Program-made: the position numbers and the translations under genes
DNA from: Candidatus Bathyarchaeota archaeon
Lineage (GTDB): Archaea > Thermoproteota > Bathyarchaeia > Bathyarchaeales > Bathycorpusculaceae
Length of the DNA: 64,000 nucleotides
Reading direction: 5' to 3'
NCBI GenBank assembly: GCA_963780185.1
Contig: CAWABA010000006.1
Location: 768,001-832,000, forward strand
Part shown: in pieces, positions 48,212 to 58,444 of the stretch
Numbering within the stretch: the stretch's first letter is position 1
How the letters are laid out: each line of letters begins with the position of its first letter
Notes under the pieces: generated by a model
Database searches by the model: none
What the model saw: the letters and a program-made list of their open reading frames with translations, nothing else
Told to the model about the DNA's origin: nothing

Positions 48212-49144
48212 TCAGTCTTCTTCGCCTCCATGAACAGAGGGCACCACGGTGGCTTCGAGCAGGGTTTCTCTTCGGATGACGGTGAGCTTGGTTTCTTTGC
48301 CTATAACGTCTTCTGCAAGCAGTCGGGGCAGGTCGTAGAAGTCGGTGACTGCTTTGCCGTTGAACTTCACAAGCACATCGCCCATGGCTAACCCTGCTTT
48401 ACGCGCTGGGGAACCTGCCTCAACACTGAAAATCATCACACCAGTCTCCTGCTCCAGTCCTGCTTGCTCCGCGATTTCTTCAGGGATGGCAACGGTGTTT
48501 GCGATTATTCCAAGGTAGCCCCTCTGCGAAACGCGTCCAGTCATAAGGCGGTCTGTGACGACTTTGACTTTGTTGATTGGGATCGCTATGCCTCTCTGCC
48601 AAACGTAAGCTGTGTTTATGCCGATGATTTTGCCTTCGGCGTCTACGAGTGGTCCTCCGCTAAATCCAGGGTTAAGTTGGGCGTCGGTTGCGATGATGTT
48701 TTCCATTTGGGTGGCTCCACGCCATCCTCTGATGGTACTGTTTACGCTGGTGACCATGCCGCTGGTTGCGGTCGGCTGGTTCCTGTTGAATGGGTTAGCC
48801 AGTGCCAAGACATATTGACCTACGTTTAGTTTTTCTGAATCTCCAGTTTCTATGGGTGTGAATCCGCCTTTTTCTGCTTTAAGTAGGGCTAGGTCGCTGT
48901 ATGGGTCTGTGCCGACGATTTTGGCGTTGAAGGTTTTTTCGCCTTGCCCGATTTTGACTGCGCTGCATCCGCCGACGACATGGTTGCATGTAACGATGTA
49001 GCCGTCTGCTGTTAAAACGACGCCTGTGCCATGCGCCATCTCTGCTTTTACGCTGACTACTGACTTTGAAACTTTGCCTATCAGCATACTTGTTGCTTCT
49101 GAGAGTGATTTGAGAACCTCTAACGGGTTAGATATTTGACTCAT
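48212..49144 (-). CDS. HtrA/DegP-like trypsin serine protease with PDZ domain
   Basis: GTGV...TCNHVV, DLALL, TDAQLNPGFSGGPL; PDZ GYLGI...GSPARKAGL..GDV. Confidence 0.93.
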   Translation of the reverse strand: MSQISNPLEVLKSLSEATSMLIGKVSKSVVSVKAEMAHGTGVVLTADGYIVTCNHVVGGCSAVKIGQGEKTFNAKIVGTDPYSDLALLKAEKGGFTPIETGDSEKLNVGQYVLALANPFNRNQPTATSGMVTSVNSTIRGWRGATQMENIIATDAQLNPGFSGGPLVDAEGKIIGINTAYVWQRGIAIPINKVKVVTDRLMTGRVSQRGYLGIIANTVAIPEEIAEQAGLEQETGVMIFSVEAGSPARKAGLAMGDVLVKFNGKAVTDFYDLPRLLAEDVIGKETKLTVIRRETLLEATVVPSVHGGEED

Positions 49145-49305
49145 TTTGTTTTTTCACCGCAAGAGTATATGGCAAAATAGTATATGTTGACTAAGGAACA
49201 CCCAAACCCAGTCACGGATAGGGGCTTGGATGGACTTGGAAACCTAAGATTCACTCGAAACTCTTAAATCCATAACTATAACTATAGTTTAAGCGGGTAG
49301 CCATT

Positions 49306-49506
49306 ATGCCTACAACGGTTCAGGTAAACGAAAAAACTCTTCAAATGCTCAACAAAGCAAAAAAGGAAATGAAGGCGAAAAGCCACGACGAAGTAATAAA
49401 GAAGTTACTTGTCGAACGAGAAAAGATCCCCTGCTCTATGTTCGGCTCAAACCCCAAGCTCACATCATTCACTGAAAAAGACCGAGCTGAGTTTCATGAG
49501 TTGTAA
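49306..49506 (+). CDS. VapB-like antitoxin
   Basis: MPTTVQV....L..L...K......SHDEVIKKLL; overlaps PIN gene. Confidence 0.8.
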   Translation: MPTTVQVNEKTLQMLNKAKKEMKAKSHDEVIKKLLVEREKIPCSMFGSNPKLTSFTEKDRAEFHEL

Positions 49507-49906
49507 CTACATCATAGACACGTACGCTTGGATCGAATATTTTAAAGCATCCGAAATGGGCAAAGCCGCAAAGGAATTCATAGAAAGTGAGTATTCGGTC
49601 ACTCCGACAATTGTAGTTTCGGAAATCAGTCGGAAACTGAGAAAAGATATTGAGTTGGGAAATGAAACTCGAGAAGGGCGAATACGACGTCTAGAATTCA
49701 TAAGGGCAACAAGCAGGATAGTGGATTTGGATTTTGAAATCGCCGTTGAAGCAGGCGGAATCAATGAGGATTTGAAGGTTGAGACAAAGGGCTGGGGTTT
49801 GGCAGACTCAATAGTTCTGTGCACCGCGAGAAGTCTGAAAGGGAAAGTTGTTACCGGAGACGAACATTTCCGCCGCTTGGACAACGTGGTTTTTGTGAAA
49901 ACTTAA
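49496..49906 (+). CDS. vapC: VapC PIN-domain toxin
   Basis: IIDTYAWIEYF, VVSEI, GLADSIV, VVTGDEHF. Confidence 0.9.
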   Translation: MSCNYIIDTYAWIEYFKASEMGKAAKEFIESEYSVTPTIVVSEISRKLRKDIELGNETREGRIRRLEFIRATSRIVDLDFEIAVEAGGINEDLKVETKGWGLADSIVLCTARSLKGKVVTGDEHFRRLDNVVFVKT

Positions 49907-50061
49907 ATTTCTTGGTGCTGTGGGGTGGGACTTTAGCCGCGAAGGCCTGCGCGAGAGATTTTAAGTCCCCGAACTTATCAGGCAATCAAAGGCGTTTTAG
50001 TTGGCATGCAATAGCGGTCTACATAACTCATCGTTGAAAAGGCACCTGAAAAAGTGTAAGT

Positions 50062-50712
50062 CTATGCGTCTGCTAGTATGTGAATGAGTAGACGTTGTTC
50101 TGCCTTCCTCAAGTGCTCCCCTAACGTTGCGCTCCCAATGTTAAGCTTTTTAGCAAGTTTCTCTGAATTTATTCTCCGCGGAATGTCATAGTAACCAAGC
50201 TTGTAAGCTGCAATCAAGACCTCCCGTTGCTTTTCAGTTAGCATGCTGAGGGGGGAGTCTGGTGAGAAGTTTGCTTCAGTCAGCAAAACTACTTTATGTC
50301 GAATCCCCAAGGCAGTTGTCTTCTTGATAAATTCGCCTACTTGCTGTTCGCTTCCAAGAAAGGAAATTGTTAGTTTTCCTCCGCGAATTTTAAGCGGGGG
50401 GAACAAATATCCGCTTAATCCTAAATAATCTAGAATTGAGGATAAACTTGGTCCGCCTTTCAAGAAGACGGTGTAGGTTCTGTTTTTTTCTTTTTCAAGC
50501 AGCTGCGCTTCAACTATTAAACCTCCAGCAAGTAGGTCTTCGATTTTGGATGAGTCGTCCTTGAATTCTATCCTGGAAATTACTGCGAATTCTTCATGGT
50601 CTTGCCTTAGGAAATGCAGGAAATCTAAGGATTTTATTTTTTGAAAGGGCATCGTTTCTAATCCAAATTTGGAGAGTTCTTTTTCTGAGATTTCTAAAAT
50701 TAATCGTCGCAT
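50062..50712 (-). CDS. Bacterio-opsin activator-like (HTH_10) transcriptional regulator
   Basis: LTEKQREVLIAAYKLGYYDIPRRI..E.LA..L.I...T..EHLRKAE. Confidence 0.9.
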   Translation of the reverse strand: MRRLILEISEKELSKFGLETMPFQKIKSLDFLHFLRQDHEEFAVISRIEFKDDSSKIEDLLAGGLIVEAQLLEKEKNRTYTVFLKGGPSLSSILDYLGLSGYLFPPLKIRGGKLTISFLGSEQQVGEFIKKTTALGIRHKVVLLTEANFSPDSPLSMLTEKQREVLIAAYKLGYYDIPRRINSEKLAKKLNIGSATLGEHLRKAEQRLLIHILADA

Positions 50713-50833
50713 AAAAGATACTTTGTTGTCTTTTGATTTATTCTTTTTGTTGAGCCGCATCTATGCGGTAAAATGTTAATCCGATAGCAAGCAAATGCTT
50801 AACGTTACATGAGTTAGATGGAGTTAGGTTTAA

Positions 50834-53800
50834 TTGCGTAGATCAATTTTCGACTCACTAAACGTCTTCATCAGAAGGCGGTATCGGTCGGTTATTATAG
50901 CGTGGATTGTCGTGGTGCTGCTTTCGCTAGTTCTTATCCCAAGCTTCTTTTCATCAGTCTCCTATGATATCGTGGGAAGTGTTCAACCGCCTGCAAACAG
51001 TGAGTCAGATAAGACGTTAAAAATTCTAGATGCCCAGTTTCCAGAATTGATTAACACTAGCCAAAATATTTTAAGTGTTGTTGTTCAAGGTGCTTCCGTT
51101 TACTCGGATTCATTGAAAGATTCTATTCTCAAGTTGAATGGCACAATTTCAAAAGATAAGGATGTTAGTAACTTTACTGGGGAAACAAGCCTTTATTCAA
51201 TTGAGGCAAGCTTGCTTGATGAGTCCCTACCAGAGATTGTCAGTCAGACTGCAAGCCTCCAATCAAACATAACCACCATTAACTCGGGATTATACGTTCT
51301 GCAAGATAACCTGACAACGCTGAGCACAAGTATATTCCAGCTGCAGTACGGCATCAACCAGACAGCCCAACTGGTATTTGGAGTCCCAGCGGCGTTCGTC
51401 GGGGTATGGCAAGGTGTGGTTCAAGGGTTCAACGCTCAAGGCATAGCAAACCCAGACCCATACATGGTTAACGCTCAAGCAAATTCAACAGTGTTCACAG
51501 TTACTTCGAATTTTGGAAACAACGCCCAATCTATCGGCTACTACACTGCTTTCTTCAACGCTTGGAACAGCAGTTACACAACTCTGCCAGTCAGCACATC
51601 AATTTCTGAACGGGAAGCCTTCGCGGTAGGCCAAGCCGTTTCCTCTCTTATTAGCAGCCCCCAGCTTGACTCGCAGACAAGCCAAATGATAGGGCTGGTC
51701 GCGTCGGGCTTAACGGTTTCAAATTGGACCCAGCTTTCAGCGATTGAAAACTTGACTGCTTCAACCATAGTGTCAAGTATTCCTTCAAACCTTTCATCTT
51801 CGCTCGGGGTCTCGGCAACAAGCCTCGTCAACGAATTGTATTACTTCGGGCCGTCTCCCTCCAGCCAAAGTATCGCAAACTACGCCATAGCCCTCATAGA
51901 AACAAACTACTCGAACCAGACAATTCCCGATGTGGGGTTTTCTGTTTCCAACCTAATACAATCCGCTTACAACCTCGGCAAATCTCCTAGCAACAGTCAA
52001 ACATGGAATCTATCCTGCGACTTCATTTCAAACGCCACCCAAAACGCTTTTTCAGACTCGCCTCTGTTCACAGTAAACAGCACATCGCTAAGCCGTCTCC
52101 TCTACAGCCTGCCCCAGAACGCATCAAATACCGAAATAAGTAGTGCCGTTGACAACGACATATCAACTCAATCATACGCAAACTACCCCTTTGCACCTCT
52201 AAGCGCACTAACCAAGAATTTTGTAAACTCAAACAATGACACAATGCTGATCATCCTCAACTTCGCGTCAACTCCGGCAGCTGACACAGTTGCCCACATA
52301 AGAACCGATGTTGAAGCTGCAGGGCTGCAAAACTTCGGCAAAGTCTACGTGACAGGCGGTCCCGCGGTGTCTTTGGATCTACGAAACACCCTTCTACCCG
52401 TCTTAGACATTACCCTTTTGCCAGGAATTATCCTTTCCATTATAATCGTTGGACTATTGCTTTTTTCGGTAACAGCGGCTTTGATTCCAGTTATGATGGG
52501 CGGTTGCTCCATTGTAGTGTCTCTGGCAGCCATATACCTCGGCATTGTCAAGGTAGGGCACGCCAGCTTAACGTTTCTTACGCCAGCGTTAACGCTGCTC
52601 TTGTTGTTGGGGCTTGCTGTAGATTATTCGGTTTTGCAAATTAAACGCACAAAAGAAGAGCGCCTTCAGGGCAAATCAGTTGAAGAAAGTGTAGGCATCT
52701 CAATTAAATGGGCGGGACAAGCTGTGTTAACTGCTGGAACCACCGTCATAGTTGCATATGTTGTTATGGCATTAGCCAACGTTCCACTTTTTAGTACTGT
52801 TGGGCTCGCTATAGCGATTGGGGTTTCTGTTCTACTTGTTGCGTCAATTACGCTGCTACCAGCCCTTGAAATTGCTTTAGGTGATAGACTTTTCTGGCCG
52901 GGTCTAAACAAACGGTTGATGAGAAATTCCAACCGTAAGGGAATTTTGAAACGAGTGGTCGAAGGAACGCAAAAAAGGAAAGTCTTTGTGGTGGTTATAA
53001 TTGGCTTACTTGCTGTAGGCGCCATATTCGTGACTTTTAACACGCCGTTTAACAATGACGTTATGAAGTTGATTCCGAACTTTTCAAGTAATCAAGGGTT
53101 AAATGTCATATCGGACAACTTTGGAAGCGGAACAGTATATCCAACATACATTACAGTCACAATGCCAACGCAGGTAACGTATGGAGATAACCAGTTCAAC
53201 CAAACTTTACTTAACCAAATCGAGCAAATCACCGCTGCAGCCGCAAATTCAAAAGGCATCACAACTGTTGTCAGCCCAACTAGACCATATGGGAATTCAT
53301 TCAATTACTCAAACATCGAAAACATGTCTGATGCCCTACGTTTGCAATATGAAAACCAAATGTTTGCTGCCATTGGAAAAGACAATAAAACCGTTTTAAT
53401 TACAGTTGGGCTTTCAGAATCAATCTTTAGCCAGGATGCCATCAACTCTTTGTCTCACATGGAAAAGAACGTTAACGACTTGCCGATTATTAGCGGCACT
53501 CTAATTCATTTTGGAGGTCAAGCGCAGTCAACAAGTGATAGCGTGTCATTCGTGAATACTCTTGTTCCAGAAATCACCGCGATTTTAGCCGTCACGATAT
53601 GCATCATCCTGTTTTTCCAGTTAAGATCAGTGTTAATGCCTCTTTATCTGATAGCTACGATACTTTGCAGCGTCATTTTATCCTTAGCGGTAATTTCACT
53701 CGTATTCCACAGCGGTCTTAACTTACCTATTGTTGTCTACGTTCCCTTGTTTGTAGTAGTAACCACGATAGGTGTCGGAGTAGACTACGGAGTATTCTTC

Positions 53801-54112
53801 GTTAACCGAATACGTGAGGAAACGGTAAACGGCAAGGCAGACAACGAAGCAGTAGCCGCGGCTGTTGACAAAGTCTGGGTAACCATCCTTGGCCTTGGGC
53901 TTGTTTTGGCAGCGGTGTTCGCTTGTTTGCTTATATCTGGAATTGGAATCTTCGACGAACTAAGCATTGCCATTGCGACAGCGGTCTTGCTAGCAATTAC
54001 GGTTGGTATCTTATTCTTTGTGCCCGCGCTAATGGGGCTCACGCAGAAACTAAACTGGTGGCCACATAAACGATCCAGAGAAAAGACCAAGAAAACAGTA
54101 AAGAGTGAGTGA
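50834..54112 (+). CDS. MMPL/RND-family transporter with large extracellular loop
   Basis: VIIAWIVV, VYVTGGPA, GLAVDY, GVGVDY..F...RIREE, VPALM......NWWP; two TM halves. Confidence 0.9.
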   Translation: MRRSIFDSLNVFIRRRYRSVIIAWIVVVLLSLVLIPSFFSSVSYDIVGSVQPPANSESDKTLKILDAQFPELINTSQNILSVVVQGASVYSDSLKDSILKLNGTISKDKDVSNFTGETSLYSIEASLLDESLPEIVSQTASLQSNITTINSGLYVLQDNLTTLSTSIFQLQYGINQTAQLVFGVPAAFVGVWQGVVQGFNAQGIANPDPYMVNAQANSTVFTVTSNFGNNAQSIGYYTAFFNAWNSSYTTLPVSTSISEREAFAVGQAVSSLISSPQLDSQTSQMIGLVASGLTVSNWTQLSAIENLTASTIVSSIPSNLSSSLGVSATSLVNELYYFGPSPSSQSIANYAIALIETNYSNQTIPDVGFSVSNLIQSAYNLGKSPSNSQTWNLSCDFISNATQNAFSDSPLFTVNSTSLSRLLYSLPQNASNTEISSAVDNDISTQSYANYPFAPLSALTKNFVNSNNDTMLIILNFASTPAADTVAHIRTDVEAAGLQNFGKVYVTGGPAVSLDLRNTLLPVLDITLLPGIILSIIIVGLLLFSVTAALIPVMMGGCSIVVSLAAIYLGIVKVGHASLTFLTPALTLLLLLGLAVDYSVLQIKRTKEERLQGKSVEESVGISIKWAGQAVLTAGTTVIVAYVVMALANVPLFSTVGLAIAIGVSVLLVASITLLPALEIALGDRLFWPGLNKRLMRNSNRKGILKRVVEGTQKRKVFVVVIIGLLAVGAIFVTFNTPFNNDVMKLIPNFSSNQGLNVISDNFGSGTVYPTYITVTMPTQVTYGDNQFNQTLLNQIEQITAAAANSKGITTVVSPTRPYGNSFNYSNIENMSDALRLQYENQMFAAIGKDNKTVLITVGLSESIFSQDAINSLSHMEKNVNDLPIISGTLIHFGGQAQSTSDSVSFVNTLVPEITAILAVTICIILFFQLRSVLMPLYLIATILCSVILSLAVISLVFHSGLNLPIVVYVPLFVVVTTIGVGVDYGVFFVNRIREETVNGKADNEAVAAAVDKVWVTILGLGLVLAAVFACLLISGIGIFDELSIAIATAVLLAITVGILFFVPALMGLTQKLNWWPHKRSREKTKKTVKSE

Positions 54113-54326
54113 GAAATTAGGTGAATTTTGGGAATCTAACTTTTCCAACATTTGCCAACACATAAAGGTCAGGCTTTGAAATCGGCTCCACTGAATTCAC
54201 TGTCAAACCACCGAAGCTCCCACAGAGTATGTCTAAAAACCCAATTTAGGCGAGAGTTAGGCAGAATTTTAGATTGACGTCGAAAAAGGGCACTAAAAAA
54301 AGAAAAAGGGGTGTGTCGTTATTCTT

Positions 54327-56294
54327 TTATTTTCGTCTGATGCGTTTGACTGCGGTGATAGCAACTATCGCCGAGAATCCCGCTACGATGGCTGCGATGC
54401 TGCCCCACTGTGATTCAGGCAATGCGAAGAACAATCCGTTTTGACTGTACTCTTTGATGACGTTGGTGGTACTTCCGTCTACAACGTAGATGTTTCCCGT
54501 CGCTGCGCTGACTCCGATGCCGTACGGATAACTCAGTGCTCCTGCGCCTGATGTTCCGAAGCTTAACAGGAAGTTTCCGTTGCTGTCGAACACTGATATG
54601 CGACTGTTAAGTTCATCCACGACGTAGACGTTTCCGCTGTTGTCAACGCTGATCATCTTCGGATAGGCAAAGTTGGTGTCGCCTGTGCCGTAGCTGCCCC
54701 ACATCGTCACGAAAGCGCCAGCTGTAGTGAATTCTTGGATACGATTATTGAACCCGTCAACGACGTAGACGTTGCCTGCTGCGCTGACCGCGATGCCGTA
54801 TGGGCTGCTAAAGCCGCCTCCGCTGCCGCTCCACTGGTTAAGGTAGTTTCCGTTTGCGTCGAAGACTTCAACCCTGCTGTTGCCTTGATCAACCACGTAG
54901 ACATTGCCGCTGCTGTCGCATGCGATTCCGACGGGCTGGTTAAGTTCTCCGTTGCCTGAGCCTGGACTGGCGTTGGAGCTGCCGAATTGAAACTGGAAGT
55001 TGCCGACGGAGTCGAATACCTGTATGGCGTTGTTGTATGTGTCTGAGACGTAAAGGTACCCGTTCTGGGTGTTGTACGCGATGCCTGTGGGGTAATTGAA
55101 TTGCCCGTAGCCAGTGTAGTCGGGGGTTGGAGTCGGGTTGCCCCAGGACCTGATGAATGCGCCTGAAGCCGAGAATTCTTGGATGCGGTAGTTAGCTGAA
55201 TCCGTGATGTAGACGTCTCCGCTTGTGCTGACGGCTGCGTCTACCGGGGCAAAGAATTGGCTTGGACCCGGAAGGGAAGTTGCGCCAGTGAACATTGCTA
55301 TCAGGTTGCCGCTGTTGTCGAATTCCTCGATGACGCCGCTGTAGCTGAAGCCTGTATAGTAGGTTTCGGTCACGAAGATGTATCCGCTTGAGTCGACGGC
55401 GATGTTGGAGCCGTAGTAGGTTGTAGCCCATTGAGTTACGAGGTTGCCTGAGTTATCGAATTCCAGCACCTGTCCTAAGCCTGCATCGAGCACGAATAGG
55501 TTCCCGTTGCCGTCAACCGCAATGTTTGTGGGATAAGAGAATGTCCCTGAGCCCCATTGCGTAACGAAAGTGCCTGTGTCAGTGAACTCTTGGACGACAA
55601 TGTTGCCTTGGTCTACGACGAAGACGTTTCCGTTTGAGTCGATGGCGATGCCAGCGGGATAAAACGGCGATGTATTGGCCAGGTCAGGGTTGCCTCCGAA
55701 CTGGAATAGGAAGTTGCCGCTGCTGTCAAACACCTGCACGAAGCTGTTGTATTCGTCTGAGACGAAAATGTTTCCCGTTATGGGGTCGACTGCTATGCCA
55801 CTGGGAAACGAGAATGCGCCCATGCCTGTGGCGGTGTAATCCTGTGATCCCCATTGCAACAGGAAGTTGCCTGCGCTGTCAAATTTCTGAACCAGAAAGT
55901 GCCCCTGATCTACAATGTAGACGTTGCCGCTTGGGTCGATTGCCATGGAGTCTGGACCCTGCTGGAAGGTACCTGATCCGCCGCTGTAGATATAGCCGTA
56001 ACTACCGAACATGTTTAGGTAATTGTTGGCTCCGCTGTTGTCGCCTGGTACGCAAGCAAATTCATCAACTGAAACGCTCGGGTAAAGCCCATAAACCGTG
56101 TCAACCGCGTAGACGTCGTCGGCGCCTGTGATTGCAATGGCGGTTGGATAGCTATATTGGAAACTGTTTGCTGTGGCTATGGTTCCCCAACCATTGACGT
56201 AAGTTACTGTGGGAAGTGCAGAAGCAAATGTTAGAGTACTTGTGGCTAAAACGAAAATCAGAATTGCCGCTATAACTATTGTTTTTTTGTTCAT
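54327..56294 (-). CDS. Secreted NHL-repeat beta-propeller protein with PEF-CTERM-like anchor
   Basis: About twelve F..P.GIAVD..GNVYV.D..N.R.Q.F repeats; signal peptide; LPES-TM-KRIRRK. Confidence 0.9.
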   Translation of the reverse strand: MNKKTIVIAAILIFVLATSTLTFASALPTVTYVNGWGTIATANSFQYSYPTAIAITGADDVYAVDTVYGLYPSVSVDEFACVPGDNSGANNYLNMFGSYGYIYSGGSGTFQQGPDSMAIDPSGNVYIVDQGHFLVQKFDSAGNFLLQWGSQDYTATGMGAFSFPSGIAVDPITGNIFVSDEYNSFVQVFDSSGNFLFQFGGNPDLANTSPFYPAGIAIDSNGNVFVVDQGNIVVQEFTDTGTFVTQWGSGTFSYPTNIAVDGNGNLFVLDAGLGQVLEFDNSGNLVTQWATTYYGSNIAVDSSGYIFVTETYYTGFSYSGVIEEFDNSGNLIAMFTGATSLPGPSQFFAPVDAAVSTSGDVYITDSANYRIQEFSASGAFIRSWGNPTPTPDYTGYGQFNYPTGIAYNTQNGYLYVSDTYNNAIQVFDSVGNFQFQFGSSNASPGSGNGELNQPVGIACDSSGNVYVVDQGNSRVEVFDANGNYLNQWSGSGGGFSSPYGIAVSAAGNVYVVDGFNNRIQEFTTAGAFVTMWGSYGTGDTNFAYPKMISVDNSGNVYVVDELNSRISVFDSNGNFLLSFGTSGAGALSYPYGIGVSAATGNIYVVDGSTTNVIKEYSQNGLFFALPESQWGSIAAIVAGFSAIVAITAVKRIRRK

Positions 56295-56471
56295 TCCTTT
56301 ATACGCCTTTCCTTTCTAGTTACCGTTTGGTGTACTACCGAGTTGGCGCTAAAGCTTTAAAAGAGAATGTGACTGTGCGTAGACTACAACAAAGATTAAA
56401 AACGATAATCTGAAACAAAGAGACAGGCATATCTTATTATTTGATAAAACCGTTGTGAAGGCTAAATCAGC

Positions 56472-56945
56472 CTAAAAGTCTTCTTTGACCAAACGATAAA
56501 AAAACCACTCCAAACGTTTGGCGCCGTTCTTTTCATAGAATTCTTGCGCTGACGTATTCCATTTCAAAACGGTAAACTCTATTCTGCCGCAGTCCTCACG
56601 TTCAGCGGTTTCTTTAAGGAAATCGAACATTTGTTTGCCAACCCCTTTTCTTCTGTACTGCTCCAGAACAAAAATATCTTCAAGAAAAAGGGTTGGTAAA
56701 GCAAGAAAACTCGAGTAAGTAAAGAAAAAAATAACGTAGGATACATATTTGTCACCCATTTTCCCGATAAATGCTTGATATTTAGGGTTGCAAGACAAAC
56801 AGTCCTTTCGCAACCTCATCTTCGCTTCTTCCTCGGGCGGAGCCAACTTTTCATACTCAGCTAGCTTAGAAATTAAACCCAAGAAATCATCGAAGTTTTC
56901 TGAATTGACCTTTTCGATAACTACCAAATTCTCTTCTTTATTCAT
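56472..56945 (-). CDS. GNAT N-acetyltransferase (spermidine/diamine acetyltransferase-like)
   Basis: LAEYEKL, YSSF, LFLEDIFV..YRRKGVG, VLKWN..A..FYEK.GA. Confidence 0.88.
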   Translation of the reverse strand: MNKEENLVVIEKVNSENFDDFLGLISKLAEYEKLAPPEEEAKMRLRKDCLSCNPKYQAFIGKMGDKYVSYVIFFFTYSSFLALPTLFLEDIFVLEQYRRKGVGKQMFDFLKETAEREDCGRIEFTVLKWNTSAQEFYEKNGAKRLEWFFYRLVKEDF

Positions 56946-57064
56946 GCACGTTACTGGTTACTTGAAAAGATAAAAGATTATTGCCACAAGGATGTTTCTC
57001 TAAATCGTGTTTTTCAAGACAAAAGGTTTTTCAAGAGACCCGGCACTTGGTAGCTTGTGGAAAA

Positions 57065-57379
57065 ATGGAAAACGTTTGGGAAGAACTCAAGAAAATCGAG
57101 GCTGAAGCGGAAAAAATTCGAAGCGGTGCTCAGCAGAAAGCCCAAAGCATAACAGCCCTTGCTCAGCAGAATAGTGAAAAACTTGTTGCTAACAGTCAAA
57201 CTTACGCCCAAGAAGAGGGGCAGCAGTTTTATGCGGGCACGGTTGCAGAAGCCAACCGTAAACGGGACGAACAGCTGAAAGCTAGCCTAGCAGCCAACGA
57301 GAAGTTGAAGGTGGAAGCGGGAAAACGAATGGAGCTCGCGGTCAATACGGTGGTTAAAGCAATCATTAAGGGAAGCTAA
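57065..57379 (+). CDS. atpH: A/V-type ATP synthase subunit H (G-like peripheral stalk)
   Basis: LKKIEAEAEKI...A..KA coiled coil of ~104 aa, directly upstream of subunit C. Confidence 0.7.
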   Translation: MENVWEELKKIEAEAEKIRSGAQQKAQSITALAQQNSEKLVANSQTYAQEEGQQFYAGTVAEANRKRDEQLKASLAANEKLKVEAGKRMELAVNTVVKAIIKGS

Positions 57380-57382
57380 ACC

Positions 57383-58435
57383 TTGAGTCAGATAATACTC
57401 TATGCTTCTGTTCTAGCTAAAATCGGGGCTGAAAAAAGTAAGCTTTTAAGCGAAGCAAAAATGAAGCCTTTAGCAGAAAGCAAAAACCTTGCTGCGTTTA
57501 CGGCTCAGCTGCGGGACACCAACTATCAGACGCAAATTGCCAGATTACCGTTGCCGCTGACAAGTCGAAAACTGGAGCGGGCTTTCAACGAAAACTTGAT
57601 TGAAACGTATGCGAAGATGATTAAGAACTCGCCAGCTAAGGCTGCGAATTTTCTTTCAGTTTACGTTTTACGGTTTGAAGTGGAAAACCTCAAGACTCTG
57701 ATAAAGTCAATTAACGCGGAACTTAGCTCTGAGGAAAAGCTGGGCAGAATTTATTTTTCCGCTGAAGATTTTCTTAAAAGGCGGGTTATGTTTGAGGACG
57801 CGGCTAAAGCTTCCACTTTGAAGCAGATGCAGAATGCCATCAAAAGTTCGTTGTATGCGTCAGCCCTCAGCAAGGGGATGCAGGGTTATGAAGATAAGGG
57901 GTCAACTTCAGGTTTTGATATTCTGCTGGATAAGGTCTTCTACGATAGTCTTCATGATAGGTATGAAGAGTTGCCGCGGAAAGAGAAGCCGCATGTTTAT
58001 TTTTACGCTGCCATCGAAAACGACAGCTTCACGCTTCTGTCGGTTCTCAGAGGAAAAACCCTGAATTACGACGCCAGTTGGCTCAGAGCAGCGGTGCCTC
58101 CTAAAAACTTTAGGGTCACATCTGAAACGTTTGAGGCGATGCTGATGGCGCCTGATTTTGAGTCAGCCGCAAAAGCTGCTTCTGAAACCTCCTACGGAAA
58201 ATTCTTTGTTAAAGCCGCAAGCCCAGATGAGACTTTGGCAGCGGCTGAAAAAGCCTTCAAGAAAGCAGTGTTTTTGCATGCTAAGGCGTACACTATCGGC
58301 GAAATCTTCAATGTCGGAGCGCCACTTGCCTTCATGATGCTCAAAGAAGCCGAAGTGCACAACCTAATCGCTGCAAGCGCAGGCATCGAAGGCGAAGTCA
58401 GCACAGAGAATATTCAGGGTCAAATGTTACTATAG
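57383..58435 (+). CDS. atpC: A/V-type ATP synthase subunit C
   Basis: YA...AKI.A.KSKLL, RFEVENLKTLIK, KEAEVHNL; 350 aa. Confidence 0.88.
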   Translation: MSQIILYASVLAKIGAEKSKLLSEAKMKPLAESKNLAAFTAQLRDTNYQTQIARLPLPLTSRKLERAFNENLIETYAKMIKNSPAKAANFLSVYVLRFEVENLKTLIKSINAELSSEEKLGRIYFSAEDFLKRRVMFEDAAKASTLKQMQNAIKSSLYASALSKGMQGYEDKGSTSGFDILLDKVFYDSLHDRYEELPRKEKPHVYFYAAIENDSFTLLSVLRGKTLNYDASWLRAAVPPKNFRVTSETFEAMLMAPDFESAAKAASETSYGKFFVKAASPDETLAAAEKAFKKAVFLHAKAYTIGEIFNVGAPLAFMMLKEAEVHNLIAASAGIEGEVSTENIQGQMLL

Positions 58436-58444
58436 TTTTTTGGC

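Noticed and set aside
46320-50000. tRNA-Lys (or tRNA-Gln) as integration site of a mobile element
   Set aside because: Accessory-looking genes follow, but I found no integrase and no duplicated tRNA 3' end in the window.
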